This document shows positions 48,379 through 60,787 of a stretch of DNA of 64,000 nucleotides, one piece after another. The notes below the pieces were generated by a model that was not told the DNA's origin, searched no databases, and worked only from the letters and a program-made list of their open reading frames with translations. The translations under genes were made by a program, and so were the position numbers. Within the stretch, counting starts at the first letter, position 1; each line of letters begins with the position of its first letter. The stretch comes from an uncultured Planctomycetota bacterium (lineage in GTDB: Bacteria; Planctomycetota; Phycisphaerae; Tepidisphaerales; Tepidisphaeraceae), in NCBI GenBank assembly GCA_963841915.1, contig CAWJEN010000005.1:608001-672000 (forward strand), in the 5' to 3' direction.

Positions 48379-49242
48379 TCACTTGGCCACGTTGGCCACG
48401 ATGCGCCATAGCTGGTGCGGGGCGAGCGGTGCATCACCGGCGGCGACGCGGGACTCGTTGAAGCGGTCGCGCAACTGCTCGAAGTCATCGCTATAAGGCA
48501 ATCGGTCGCGGCGGCCGATGCGGCCGTTGAAGTGTTGCTCGATCAACGCTCGAACCAGCGCCGTCGCCCGCTCATCGGCCGGGGCGGCGGCTTTGGCGGC
48601 ACCGAGCTTCGGCAACTCGCCGCGCTTGCGGACCAGTAACAAGTGTCGCCACGATTCACCACGATCCGGCCCCGGCTCAGGAAACTCTGCTGCATACCCT
48701 GCGTGGATCTGCTCGAACTGCGGCGTGTACGGCAAATCGTCGGCCGTCCGGCCCGCTTTCTCATACAGCTTCGCCAGAACGTCCCGCTTAGGCGACAGCT
48801 TGGCCACAATTCCGGGAAACAATGCGTGCGGCGTCGCCGCCGTCTCGACCGCAGGCTTGGCCTCATCGGCGGGCGTCTCGAGCGTCCGGTCGATCAGCAG
48901 AAGCACCGTGCCGAACGGGTCACGCACCGTCGCCTTGAAGCCGCGACCAACGCGCGTGGGCGTTCCGCGAAAATCAAGTCGCAACGCGTCTCGCCGCCGA
49001 TGCAGATCTCGCACGTCGTCGACGAGCAGAAACACTGCTTCTTCGGGCAGATCATCATCACTGTGCAGCAGCACCTCGCGTCCATCACCTAACGCCAGCG
49101 TCGCAAACGTACCGCCGTCGCGTCGCACGCAGAGCCCGAGCGTGTCGCGGTAGTACCGCACCGCCGCCGGCACGTTGCGCACCCGCAGGACCAGGCGGTC
49201 AACACCTTTAAGAATGGGCTGAGGTGGGGTGACATCGTCCAC
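48379..49242 (-). CDS. VOC (glyoxalase-like) domain fused to a duplicated unknown domain
   Basis: VRNV.AA..YY...LGL, RDPFG; repeats DDLPYTPQFE and DRLPYSDDFE. Confidence 0.75.
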   Translation of the reverse strand: MDDVTPPQPILKGVDRLVLRVRNVPAAVRYYRDTLGLCVRRDGGTFATLALGDGREVLLHSDDDLPEEAVFLLVDDVRDLHRRRDALRLDFRGTPTRVGRGFKATVRDPFGTVLLLIDRTLETPADEAKPAVETAATPHALFPGIVAKLSPKRDVLAKLYEKAGRTADDLPYTPQFEQIHAGYAAEFPEPGPDRGESWRHLLLVRKRGELPKLGAAKAAAPADERATALVRALIEQHFNGRIGRRDRLPYSDDFEQLRDRFNESRVAAGDAPLAPHQLWRIVANVAK

Positions 49243-49310
49243 GCGACGGCATCGTACCGTTGTTGGAGTCGAACGGGATATTCCGCAAGACTCACGCCGC
49301 CGATGCAGTA

Positions 49311-50858
49311 TCAGGCGACCCTTGCGACGGCCGCAGGTTCATCCTCGCCTGGCATCGTGCCTTTGCCCCCGTCTGTACCGCTGTATCCGCCCTTGAGGAC
49401 GAAGATCCCGCCCGTCAGGTTCCACAAGATCTGGACCACGCGGATGCACAACGCCAGTGCGAACGCCTGGGCCACCGTCGCACCTTGCGGCCGCGTGAGC
49501 AGGACCGCGAAGAACTCCATCACGCCCGCACCCTGCGGACTGATCGGCATCGACGCGCTCAGCACGATCACCGGCACGCATACGAAGTAGTAAGGCCACG
49601 GGATCGGCAACCCAAGGGCGTGACCGGCGAGCAACGCCGACACGATGACAGCCGCGTGAACGGGCACCGTCAGCAGCGCCGCCTCGACGATGCGTCGCGG
49701 GCTGTTGCGGTAGGCCTCTGCCACCTCATACAGGCTGTCGAGGCCGCCGCGGGCTTTGACGCGGACGCGTGCCTTGAGGTCGGTCGGCTCTTCGTCGAAG
49801 TCGTGCGGGGCGGCCTTGTCGATGAGCTTGCCCAGGCCGGTGCGCGAGCGGATGACGCGGCGGGCCGGTGCACTGGTCAGCACGAATCCCGCCGATGCCG
49901 ATGCGAGCAGAATGGCAACGGCCGCCCAGGCAACCTGCAGGCAGGCGACGGCAACGGGTGTGTACTGGTTGGGCTCGAGCGTGTACTGGATGAGCGCTGC
50001 CGTTCCGCCCATGGCGACGAGGACGAGCAGTCCCATGAGGCGGTCGACAAAGACGCTCATCCACGCCGCCGCCTTGCGGCCGGGCGCGGCGTGCCGGCCG
50101 GCATAGAAGGCTTTGACAAAGTCACCGCCCGTGCTGCCGAGCATGAATGTGTTGTAGAACAAGCCCACCATGTTCAGCCGATACGCCTGGCCGAGCGTCA
50201 TCTCAATGCCCAGCGGCGTCATGAGTCGCCACCAGCGCAACCCGGTCGCGATGAGGGTGATGGGAAACACCAGCACCGCCGCCACGAGCAGCCAGGGCCG
50301 CGCATCGCGGACCATGCCGCCGAGTCCGGCACGGACGATGGGTTGAGGCGGCTTGGGCTCGTAGACCCGCTGCCCCGGCTCGTAAGACGCGACGTGCCCA
50401 CCGTCGCCGCGTTCGGGCGTGTAGTACCAAAGCCGGGTCGCGACCGTCCTGCCGCCGTCGAGTTCTTCGAGGGTCATGCCCGCCAGCTCGACCTCGCCGC
50501 GCTCGAGCTGCTCCGTCTGCTTGTCCGGCCCGTTGAGCAACCGGTCGGCCGACACCGTGATCGGTAGCCCGGTCTCGGGATCCTCGTACACCGCCGACGC
50601 GTCACCTTCGTCAAACTCTTCTGCCAACGCGACGTCGATCACCATCGGCAACCCCGCCTCGTCGTCGACCAGCACGAACACGCGGTCGCGAATCGTCAGC
50701 CCGCTGACCACCCACGCCACACCGACGATGGCAATGCCCCAGCGCAACGCAAAGCCGAGCCAGCCACTCTTGCGGGCGGGCATGTCGTCGAGGTCGTCTG
50801 CCACGAGGATCGGTTCGTCGCCGATGTCGCCGGATGGATCGTGATCGGTGGACGTCAT
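49311..50858 (-). CDS. Lysylphosphatidylglycerol synthase TM (UPF0104 flippase-like) protein with extracytoplasmic insert
   Basis: RWW.L, G.FYN....STGGDFVK, DRLMG, PISPQGAGVME. Confidence 0.85.
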   Translation of the reverse strand: MTSTDHDPSGDIGDEPILVADDLDDMPARKSGWLGFALRWGIAIVGVAWVVSGLTIRDRVFVLVDDEAGLPMVIDVALAEEFDEGDASAVYEDPETGLPITVSADRLLNGPDKQTEQLERGEVELAGMTLEELDGGRTVATRLWYYTPERGDGGHVASYEPGQRVYEPKPPQPIVRAGLGGMVRDARPWLLVAAVLVFPITLIATGLRWWRLMTPLGIEMTLGQAYRLNMVGLFYNTFMLGSTGGDFVKAFYAGRHAAPGRKAAAWMSVFVDRLMGLLVLVAMGGTAALIQYTLEPNQYTPVAVACLQVAWAAVAILLASASAGFVLTSAPARRVIRSRTGLGKLIDKAAPHDFDEEPTDLKARVRVKARGGLDSLYEVAEAYRNSPRRIVEAALLTVPVHAAVIVSALLAGHALGLPIPWPYYFVCVPVIVLSASMPISPQGAGVMEFFAVLLTRPQGATVAQAFALALCIRVVQILWNLTGGIFVLKGGYSGTDGGKGTMPGEDEPAAVARVA

Positions 50859-51107
50859 GGGGCGGGTCGTCGACTCTACTTCGGCGGCTGCACCCTGTCA
50901 CGGGCAACGGCGCTCGCGTTATCGACCGCAGACGGACAATCAGCGTCCCCCTGGAGCCACTGCATCAGCACAAGCCACATCATCCAGTGTTGTGACACAT
51001 TCGCCCGTTGTGGCTGTAGCATGCACCTCAGTACCGTACCGGCCCGTTGCCTCCAAAGCCTTCCCGCCGCCTGTGCTAGCCCAGACGGCCGAGCAGAAAC
51101 AGCCGCC

Positions 51108-52636
<1,529 letters not shown>

Positions 52637-52711
52637 TCGCTACTGCGTCCGCTACACGTTCACAAGCCCCGCCCGAGTTGCATTCGTCGTCATGATGCTG
52701 AAGCTACAGGC

Positions 52712-53464
52712 GTGCGTAACGATCTTGCTGGTAAGGGCGTGTTCATCACCGGCTCCAGCAGCGGGATCGGCCTGGCCGTCGCGGAACTGTGCCTGGAGCG
52801 TGGCGCTTTCGTCGGCGGACTCGCACTGGAACCCACGCCGATCGCGCACGAACGGTTCGTCGGGTTCGAAGGCAGCGTTGCCGACGAGGCCAGCGTGCAG
52901 CAGGCTGTCGATGCAACGGCTCGCGCAGCCGAACGGCTCGACGGCGTTGTGTGCAACGCAGGCATCATGACGCCCGGCTCTATAGAAGACGTCACCGCCG
53001 TTGACCTGCGTCGGCACCTCGATGTCAACATCGCCGGCGTCGCCTGGGCGGCCAAGCACGCATTCGCCCACCTGCGACGTTCCGGTGGCGGATCGATCGT
53101 CAACTGCGCGTCAATCATGGCCTACACCGCTGCACCCAAAACCGTCGCCTACACGACCAGCAAAGCAGCCGTGCTCGGCCTGACGCGGGCGACGGCGCTC
53201 GACGGTGCGCCGCACGGCATCCGCTGCAACGCCGTCTGCCCCGGCACGATCGACACGCCGATGTACCGCCGTCACGTCGACCAGCAAGCCGATCCTGCGG
53301 CAGAACATGACCGCTTCAGCGCGTTGTTCCCGCTCGGCCGCGTGGGCAAAGCTCGCGACGTGGCAGGCGTGGTCGTCTTCTTACTCGGTGACGACTCGGC
53401 TTACATGACCGGCTCAGAACTCGTCGTCGACGGCGGCTTCATGATCAAAGGAACCAACGAATGA
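52712..53464 (+). CDS. SDR family oxidoreductase
   Basis: TGSSSGIG, CNAG, YxxSK, NAVCPG, VDGG. Confidence 0.92.
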   Translation: MRNDLAGKGVFITGSSSGIGLAVAELCLERGAFVGGLALEPTPIAHERFVGFEGSVADEASVQQAVDATARAAERLDGVVCNAGIMTPGSIEDVTAVDLRRHLDVNIAGVAWAAKHAFAHLRRSGGGSIVNCASIMAYTAAPKTVAYTTSKAAVLGLTRATALDGAPHGIRCNAVCPGTIDTPMYRRHVDQQADPAAEHDRFSALFPLGRVGKARDVAGVVVFLLGDDSAYMTGSELVVDGGFMIKGTNE

Positions 53465-54714
53465 GACGCTGCCCGATCATCACCGACGTCCGCACCATCG
53501 TCTGCCGCCCGACGTCGGAGAACCTGGTCATCGTCCGCGTCGACACCGACGAGCCCGGCCTCTTTGGCCTCGGTGACGCGACGTTCACGCAGCGATACAC
53601 GGCTGTGGTTCGCGTCGTTGAGGACTACCTCAAACCGCTGTTGCTCGGTCGCGACGCGTCGCAGATCACCGAGCTGTGGCGGCTGATGCACCACAACGGC
53701 TACTGGCGAGGCGGGCCGATTCTCAACAATGCCATCAGCGGCGTCGACATGGCTTTGTGGGATCTCAAGGCAAAACAGGCCGATCTGCCCGTCTATCAGC
53801 TCGTCGGTGGCGCATGTAGACCGGCGGCGGCTGTCTATCGCCACACCTCCGGGCCAGATATCGACACGCTGCTCGCTGCCATCAAACGCGTTGTCGATGA
53901 AGGCGTTGGTTGCGTGCGGGTGCAGCTCACGTCTAGGGAAGACCCCAGCGTGCCGGGCGTGCTTGCCGCAGCGCAAGCGGGATATGGCGGCAGCGGGTTT
54001 GCGGGCAAGCGTCCCGACGGCAGCCACGACGGTATCTACCTTGATCCAGACGCTTATATCTGCGAAATCGACGACGCCATCGGCGAGGTGCGTAAAGGCT
54101 TCGGGCCAAGCCTGAGATTGGTGCACGACGTGCACTCGCGACTGCTGCCCGGCGACGCGCTGCGACTGGCCCGCCGCCTCGAGAAGCACGACCTGTTCTT
54201 TCTCGAAGACCCGTTGCCACCGGAGCAATTGCATTGGCTGCCGCGTCTTCGTCAGGCGACGTCTGTGCCGCTGGCGATCGGTGAGTTGTTCACGTCACCC
54301 GATCAATGGCGAGGGCCGGTCGAGCGACACGAGCTTGATTTCATTCGCATGCACGTCAGCGCGATCGGCGGGTTCACGCCCGCACTCGACGCCGCCCGCC
54401 ACGCCGCCGCTCACGACGTGCGAACTGCGTGGCACAATCCCAAAGACATCGCACCGATCGGCGTCGCCTGTAACCTGCACCTCGATGTGGCCTCATCCAA
54501 CTTCGGCATCCAGGAGTACGCCGGCTGGAGCGAGCCCGAACGTGACATCTTCGGCGGCCTGCCCGAATGCAGAGACGGCTACCTCTACCCGACCGACGAG
54601 CCCGGCTGGGGCATCACGATGGACGAAGAGGCCGCCACCCGGTATCCGCCCAAGGCCGACCTCATTGAATGGACACAGACGCGGGCACCCGACGGCTCGC
54701 TCATCCGCCCGTGA
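53461..54714 (+). CDS. Mannonate dehydratase-like enolase superfamily protein (RspA/ManD group)
   Basis: GYWRGGP...NAISGVDMALWD, HDVH.RL, FFLEDP, GELF, RTAWH, NFGIQE. Confidence 0.88.
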   Translation: MRRCPIITDVRTIVCRPTSENLVIVRVDTDEPGLFGLGDATFTQRYTAVVRVVEDYLKPLLLGRDASQITELWRLMHHNGYWRGGPILNNAISGVDMALWDLKAKQADLPVYQLVGGACRPAAAVYRHTSGPDIDTLLAAIKRVVDEGVGCVRVQLTSREDPSVPGVLAAAQAGYGGSGFAGKRPDGSHDGIYLDPDAYICEIDDAIGEVRKGFGPSLRLVHDVHSRLLPGDALRLARRLEKHDLFFLEDPLPPEQLHWLPRLRQATSVPLAIGELFTSPDQWRGPVERHELDFIRMHVSAIGGFTPALDAARHAAAHDVRTAWHNPKDIAPIGVACNLHLDVASSNFGIQEYAGWSEPERDIFGGLPECRDGYLYPTDEPGWGITMDEEAATRYPPKADLIEWTQTRAPDGSLIRP

Positions 54715-54893
54715 CGACTGAGGCGGGGTGCAGTGCGTGGTAGGCGACGAGTAGCGGGTAGAGCTTGTTCTCGTTGACGCATCAGTAGAACGCGTCACCC
54801 GCTGGCGAACATGACGCCTTTGGTTAAGCTGCGGCGGCAGGAGGCCGCGACGCTGCGGCCATCCGCTTTCGATTCTAAAACCCGCCGCTCTGC

Positions 54894-56309
54894 ATGATGT
54901 CGCGACGCCCAAACGTGCTGCTGCTCTACACCGACCAGCAGCGGTTCGACGCCATCGGCTGCGCCGGCAACACGCAGATCAAAACCCCCAACCTCGACCG
55001 GCTTGCCGCGTCGGGCGTGCGATTCGACAAGCATTTCGTGCAGAACCCGCTGTGCATGCCGTCGCGCGTCAGCATGCTCAGCGGGCAATACCCGACGAAC
55101 GTCGGCATCACCGAGATGGGCCGGCCGGTACCGCAAGAGACGCTTTGCGTGCAACACCTGCTGCAGGCGAGCGGCTACAGAACGGCCAACATCGGCAAGC
55201 TGCACTTTCTGCCGCACAGCAATCGTGACCACCGTGACCCGCACCCGGCGTACGGCTTTGACCACCTCGAGCTCAGCGAAGAGCCCGGGTGCTACGACGA
55301 CGCCTACCGCGCCCACGTCCGCCGCGTGTGCCCCGAAGCCCTGCCGATCATCGGCCGATACGTCGATCCACCGGCGGCAAAACTCTGGCGGGAGGCGACC
55401 GGACGCAGCGACGACATCGAGCGGCCGACAAACCTCAATGGCGACGTCACGCAAGTCTTTGATGGTCCCGAAGAGGCAACGCACGCCGCCTTCGTCGGCA
55501 CGCAAACAATGAGCTTTCTCGACGGCATCGGTGACGCGTCGTTCTTCTGCATCAGCGGTTTCTACAGCCCACACTCGCCGCTGTTTGCGCCGCAGCGTTA
55601 CCTCGATTTGTACGACCCGGCCGACCTGCATCCGCCCGAGGTGCCCGAAGCCACCCGCAACCTGCAGCTCGAACGCGGGTACGACGACGCCTTCCTGCGG
55701 CAGGCGCGGCGCGGCTACTTTGCAATGATCAGCGAGGTCGACCACTGGGTCGGCCGCATCCTCGACAAGCTCGACGAGACCGGCCAGCGCGACAACACGT
55801 TGATCGTCTTCACCTCGGACCACGGCGAGTTTCTCGGTGATTTCGCGCGCTTTGCAAAAGGCTATCCGGCCCCAGAGTGCATCGGCCGTGTGCCGCTGAT
55901 CGTGGCCGGGCCCGGAGTCATCGCGGGGCGTGTGGAGCGGGCGCTAGTCGAGGCGGTCGATGTCGTGCCGACCATTCTCGAGCTGTGCGGCGTCCCGGTG
56001 CCGGAGCGGATGAATGGCACGCCGCTGACGCCTGCACTTCGCGGCGAACCCTTCGACGGCAAGACGGGCGTGCTCATGGAAGACAGCGCCGCCGGCCAAT
56101 CGTGGCGGGCTTGGCGGACGAGCGACCGCCGATATCTCCTGCATGCCGACGGCCGCGAGATGCTCTTGGACCTGACCCAACCGTTCGGCGAATACGACGA
56201 TGTCGCAAGCGACCCCAACTACGCGAGCGACCTGGCGACACTGCGGCACGAGCTGGCGACAAAAATGATCGACGCCCACCGCCCGCTGCGGAAAACCTGG
56301 GCTTACTGA
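54894..56309 (+). CDS. Sulfatase
   Basis: PNVL...TDQQR, TPNLD.LA, CMPSR (FGly motif), GKLH, PHSP, FTSDHG. Confidence 0.93.
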   Translation: MMSRRPNVLLLYTDQQRFDAIGCAGNTQIKTPNLDRLAASGVRFDKHFVQNPLCMPSRVSMLSGQYPTNVGITEMGRPVPQETLCVQHLLQASGYRTANIGKLHFLPHSNRDHRDPHPAYGFDHLELSEEPGCYDDAYRAHVRRVCPEALPIIGRYVDPPAAKLWREATGRSDDIERPTNLNGDVTQVFDGPEEATHAAFVGTQTMSFLDGIGDASFFCISGFYSPHSPLFAPQRYLDLYDPADLHPPEVPEATRNLQLERGYDDAFLRQARRGYFAMISEVDHWVGRILDKLDETGQRDNTLIVFTSDHGEFLGDFARFAKGYPAPECIGRVPLIVAGPGVIAGRVERALVEAVDVVPTILELCGVPVPERMNGTPLTPALRGEPFDGKTGVLMEDSAAGQSWRAWRTSDRRYLLHADGREMLLDLTQPFGEYDDVASDPNYASDLATLRHELATKMIDAHRPLRKTWAY

Positions 56310-57649
56310 TCCATCTGCCGCAACCGGTCGGCCACATTCAGCAAAGCGCGACTCGTGTGGTACGACGTCTTCCAGGCGTTGGCTTTACTACGGGGCAGCG
56401 GTTGCATCTCCTCGTCGAGACCCCAGATCCAGCCGTTGCCACCGGCGGCGTCGTCCAACATGTGCTCGCAGATGAACCCCCACTGCGCGACGAACGCCTC
56501 GATGTAGGGCGACGGGTCGCCCCCTTCGCTTGCGACGTGGTCTGCCATCATGAGCAGAGCGTTGAGCGACTCGGCCTGTACCCACCAGAACTTCGTCGCG
56601 TCCCGCACCTGGAAGATAGAGCCGGCGTCCGACAGGCCGCCGTGCGTTTCATCCCAGCCCGTCGCGATCGACACATCGACGAGCGCCCGCGCCTTCTCCC
56701 ACAATTCCGGTTCGTCGCCGCGATGAAGCGACTCGGCCGCCTCGACGAGCAGGTAAGCCGTTTCGATGTTGTGCCCATAACTCGTCCAGTCGGCGACCGG
56801 CGTGTAGTCAGCGTGCGTCCAAAGATGCAGCAGGCCCGGCTCGTCGTAAAAGCGCTCGCTGATGATCGCGTACAGCTCCGACAGCCGACGCTCCAGCAGC
56901 GCACTCGGTGCGACCTCGTACAACGCGGCCAACGCTTCGAGCAGGTGGATGTGGGCGTTCATGCTCTTGTACCCGTACGGCGGCATGAGCGGGCCCTGAC
57001 CATTGACCGATGCGTCGGGGTCATCGGCCGACACAATGGCGTGACCATCGGCGGCGTAGTGCTCGGCGTAGCCACCGTTGGCCTCGTCGTGACCGTGCTC
57101 GTCAACCCAGTACAACAGAGATTCGCCGAGCTCTTTGCCGCCTTCGCCGGGCAGTGCCTTCTCGAAGGCCGCGGCGGCGTAGATGGCAAAGGCGGTGTTG
57201 TACAGATGCCGTTCGCCGTCGTGCATCGGCTTACCGTCGAGGCCGATGCCCCAATAAACGCCGCCATGGTCGGCGTTGACCATGACATCGCGTAGGTACG
57301 CAAAGCCATGCCGGGCGATCGGCTCGAACTCGCCGCGTAGCTGGGGTCGACGGTCGGCAATGGTCGCGGCGACCCACGTCATCCGCGCCTGGAAGATGCA
57401 GGTGCGGGCCGTGTCGATCGGCTCACCGTTTTCGTCAAATTCTTCGAAGAATCCACCGTCTGGGTCGACGACGCGTGGGAACCACCACCGCAGATCGTGC
57501 GTCTGCCACGCCGCCTCGACCTCGTCGGCGAGCGATGCCGGCGTCAGTCCCTCGGCCTCGAGCGCTTCAGCGACGGACGGATTCGCCGCCACTTCGGTCG
57601 CGACGACGAACAGGCACAACGCGACGAGCAGGTGACGGAGTGTGCTCAT
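56303..57649 (-). CDS. AGE family epimerase (cellobiose 2-epimerase-like) with signal peptide
   Basis: QAR..W, Y..AFAIY, KSMNAHIHLLEA, SYGHNIE, WWVQAE, WK..YH..R. Confidence 0.88.
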   Translation of the reverse strand: MSTLRHLLVALCLFVVATEVAANPSVAEALEAEGLTPASLADEVEAAWQTHDLRWWFPRVVDPDGGFFEEFDENGEPIDTARTCIFQARMTWVAATIADRRPQLRGEFEPIARHGFAYLRDVMVNADHGGVYWGIGLDGKPMHDGERHLYNTAFAIYAAAAFEKALPGEGGKELGESLLYWVDEHGHDEANGGYAEHYAADGHAIVSADDPDASVNGQGPLMPPYGYKSMNAHIHLLEALAALYEVAPSALLERRLSELYAIISERFYDEPGLLHLWTHADYTPVADWTSYGHNIETAYLLVEAAESLHRGDEPELWEKARALVDVSIATGWDETHGGLSDAGSIFQVRDATKFWWVQAESLNALLMMADHVASEGGDPSPYIEAFVAQWGFICEHMLDDAAGGNGWIWGLDEEMQPLPRSKANAWKTSYHTSRALLNVADRLRQMDQ

Positions 57650-59823
57650 GGCGTGCTCTCAACAGGCGTGATGCGGATGGCGATGTCGCGGCTGAAGGCG
57701 GGCACGTCAAGCAGTAGCTCAGCGCCTTCGGCCTTGACATCCTGCGAGGTGTGGCTGCCGGAACGTGTGTCCCACCACGTCACGCGGTAGGGCACGTGCC
57801 CCGAAGCGATCGGCACGATCAGGCGTACGTCGTCCAATTCGCGATGCACTTCCGCCCTTGCGTCGGTGAGATGGTTCGACGTCCGATCGAGCAACCAGAG
57901 CACCGTGTCGCCCGTCGCCTCGTCACGGAGGGCGTAGGTCGACAGGTCGGCCCGTCGTTGCTCGACGGCGTTGGTGAAGATGAGGCTCGTCAGCTTCGCC
58001 CAGTCGCCGCCGACGGTGTCGAGCGTAATTACATGCTGCCCGGCCGGCAGGTCGAAGGTTGCGGCGACGTCGATGTCGCTCTGGTACATGCCCTCGTCGC
58101 TGAGCTTGGCGTTGCTGACGCCCGGCCCGCCCGGCAGGCCGCTGAGCATGATGTCCGAGACCGGCTCGTCATCGACAAGCAGCCGCACGACGGCAAAGTC
58201 GGAAACGCCGTTGAAGCGGGCGATCACTTGCCCCGCACGCGGCAGATTGATGTCGAAGGACAGCGGGGCGTGCAGTTCCTCGTTCTCCGCACCGATGAGG
58301 TAGCGCGGCACGGCAGACGAAGCCGTGCCGTTGGGCAACAGCCGGATCGGCGTCGGGTCCATCGCTGACCAGTTGCGGACGGCTGCGACCTCGGCGTCGC
58401 CAAGTCGGCTTGCATCAATGTCGGCCTGATACGCGTCGAGCACATCGATCGGCCGATAGTCGCGACCGGCCCAGTCGATCGTCGCCGCAAAGGTCGACAG
58501 CGACGCGTAGGTGTCCCACAGGTCGAGCGTGTTGATGTAGTCTTCCCACCACCAGTTGAACGCGCTACCGGCAGACCCGCTGATGGCGGCGGCCCAGGCG
58601 GCGTTGTGGAGCGGCGTGCCGATGCCGGTCGGATCGTAGTTGACGTCGCTCGATCGGCCGTTGAGCCCGATCTCGCTGATGAGGTGCGGCTTGTCGTATT
58701 GGGCGTGGTTTTGGACAGCGTCGACGATCGCGTCGGCCATCTGCGGCTGCGAACCGCCGCCGTACAGGTGGGCCTGCGTGAAACTCATCGTCTCCTGCGC
58801 GTTCACCGCGGCGGGCACCTTGGCACTGGTCGAGATGAGGTGGTCGTACGGATCGATGTCAGCCAAATAGCCCATCATCTCGTTGTTCCAGTCTTCGAGC
58901 CCGCCGACCTTGGCGAACTCCTGCTCGTTGATGAGCTCCCAGCAGGCGACGGACGTGAACGCGCCGTACCGGGCGACGAGATACCGCAGGCGTGCCTTGA
59001 AAAGCCGGCGGGCTTCGTTGTTCGTGAAGAAGTCGGCCGACGTTTTGGCAGGGCCGCCGTTGGCAGAGTTGTACGGGTGAGGCGGCCAATTGGCCGGTCC
59101 CCACGCGTCGCGATCGACGAACTCGCGGTAGTTCATCAGGCATAGGAACACGCCGATACCTTGCGTCTGAGCGTCGTCGAGGATGCCGTCGAACGCGCGG
59201 GCGGTTTCAAGGTCGTAGCGACCTGCGACCTCGGGCTCGATCATCATCTTCCGGTTGCCCATCCACAGCCGGGCCGCGTTGCCACCGCCTCCTGCAAGTT
59301 TGGCAAAGTAGTCGCTGTAGACACTGACACGCAGGTGATCCTCCGTCGCAGGCCACGCGATGTTGGCGCCGATAGGGAAGTACGTCGAGCCGTCGTCAAA
59401 GGCAAAGTAGCGACCATTGCCTGCCACGCCGATGAAGCCGCGGCTGTCACCTTCGACGACGTCAAAGTCTACGGCCTCGCCACCCTTCCACGCACCGACC
59501 GATCGGGCGTGCCAACGGGCCGTCCACGTCCCGGCGGCCGGTGGGGCAAAGCGGACGCGGAACTGCGTTGTCGCCTCGTCTGCAACGCCGTCCCAGAACG
59601 CCGGCACCGTCACCGGGTCGGCCTTTGCCTTGGTGAAAGTGACGTCGACGGCAATGACTGCCGGGTCGAACGGGTTGTCGAACGAGCCGGGCAAATCCAG
59701 CGTCCACTCGGCCGCCTCATGCGTGCGCACCGGCTCCCGATCGGTGCGTTGAAGCGGTGGCGAAGCGACGACGGTGCTGCCAAGAACAAGGCCCGCAGCG
59801 GCGACAAGGTAAAGGTGAAGCAT
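57646..59823 (-). CDS. Secreted DUF5060-type N-domain + clan-A (GH5-like) glycoside hydrolase
   Basis: NPFDP...DV.F, VRFAP...G.W, RYLVARYG, WELINE (acid/base), DPYDHL, KP...SE (nucleophile). Confidence 0.8.
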   Translation of the reverse strand: MLHLYLVAAAGLVLGSTVVASPPLQRTDREPVRTHEAAEWTLDLPGSFDNPFDPAVIAVDVTFTKAKADPVTVPAFWDGVADEATTQFRVRFAPPAAGTWTARWHARSVGAWKGGEAVDFDVVEGDSRGFIGVAGNGRYFAFDDGSTYFPIGANIAWPATEDHLRVSVYSDYFAKLAGGGGNAARLWMGNRKMMIEPEVAGRYDLETARAFDGILDDAQTQGIGVFLCLMNYREFVDRDAWGPANWPPHPYNSANGGPAKTSADFFTNNEARRLFKARLRYLVARYGAFTSVACWELINEQEFAKVGGLEDWNNEMMGYLADIDPYDHLISTSAKVPAAVNAQETMSFTQAHLYGGGSQPQMADAIVDAVQNHAQYDKPHLISEIGLNGRSSDVNYDPTGIGTPLHNAAWAAAISGSAGSAFNWWWEDYINTLDLWDTYASLSTFAATIDWAGRDYRPIDVLDAYQADIDASRLGDAEVAAVRNWSAMDPTPIRLLPNGTASSAVPRYLIGAENEELHAPLSFDINLPRAGQVIARFNGVSDFAVVRLLVDDEPVSDIMLSGLPGGPGVSNAKLSDEGMYQSDIDVAATFDLPAGQHVITLDTVGGDWAKLTSLIFTNAVEQRRADLSTYALRDEATGDTVLWLLDRTSNHLTDARAEVHRELDDVRLIVPIASGHVPYRVTWWDTRSGSHTSQDVKAEGAELLLDVPAFSRDIAIRITPVESTP

Positions 59824-59825
59824 GT

Positions 59826-60715
59826 TCACGGCCTCTGAAGATTTTCGCGGGCCTGGGTGTACGTCTGCGACTCGGCATGGCCGTCGGCAAACACGTAGTT
59901 GGCCTTGGCCCGGTTGCCACCGGACGGCACGAGCGGGTCGCAATCCTCGGGCTGACCGCCGTGACGATTGGGCTCACCGCTACGCCAGAAGAAGGTCGAT
60001 GAACCGGCGCTTCTCGCGGAAAGTCGTACTTGTACGGGCCGGGAATGGCTGCGTTGTACTGATAGATGCCCAGCGCGTTATCGACCGAGTCGCCGTTGAG
60101 CACGCGTTTGGTGCTGTTGGGCAGCTGCGTAAGCTTGACCGTACCGACGGCAAAACCGTTGGCGGTGTTGGGGTTGACGCCCGTCGTGTACCAGTCGCGG
60201 ACAGGCGTGGTCGCCTGCGCGACGGCCGACCCGTTGATGGCGGCGACATCGGTCAGGCCGAGCCACATCTTGAAGTTCTGCCCGTAGCCGGGGCGGAACT
60301 CGGCGTAGCCGTTGTCACGCTGGAAGTCGGGGCAGCCCTGGAAAATCTCTTCGTACTCCGCACCGCCCATCTCGATCGGCTCGATCTCACCGCCCATGTA
60401 AGGCGACAGCGCCTGGTACCAGAGAATGACGCGGTTGTTCGACGGGTCGGCGGCGTCGCGGACGTAGGCCTCGACGAAGTCCGAGTTCCTCACGAACGGC
60501 AGGTAGCCGCTGTTGTCGAGGCTGTACGACTGGTACGACGAGCCGATCTGCCTCAGGTTGCTGAGGCATTTGACCGAATTGGCCGAGGATCGGGCGCTGG
60601 AGAGCGTGGGCAAGAGGATCGAGATCAGCAGCGCGATGATGCCGATGACGACGAGCAGTTCGACAAGCGTAAAGCCGGCCGAGCTGCGACAACGATGGGT
60701 GGTGGGGCGGTTCAT
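59826..60715 (-). CDS. Prepilin-type N-terminal / H-X9-DG (DUF1559-type) protein, frameshifted at ~60000
   Basis: GFTLVELLVVIGIIALLISILLP.L..AR..A...C..NLRQIG; C-terminal RH...ANYVFADGHA in a shifted frame ending at TGA 59826. Confidence 0.88.
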
Positions 60716-60787
60716 GGGGTCCTCCAAAGGGTGCCAAAGGCGTGGCCGACACCGGCAGGTGCCGGCCACGTGGGTGCGACGTGTTAA

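Noticed and set aside
54715..54893. Possible gene remnant on the minus strand (DAFY*CVNENKLYPLLVAYHALHP)
   Set aside because: Protein-like but too short and interrupted to assign to a family.
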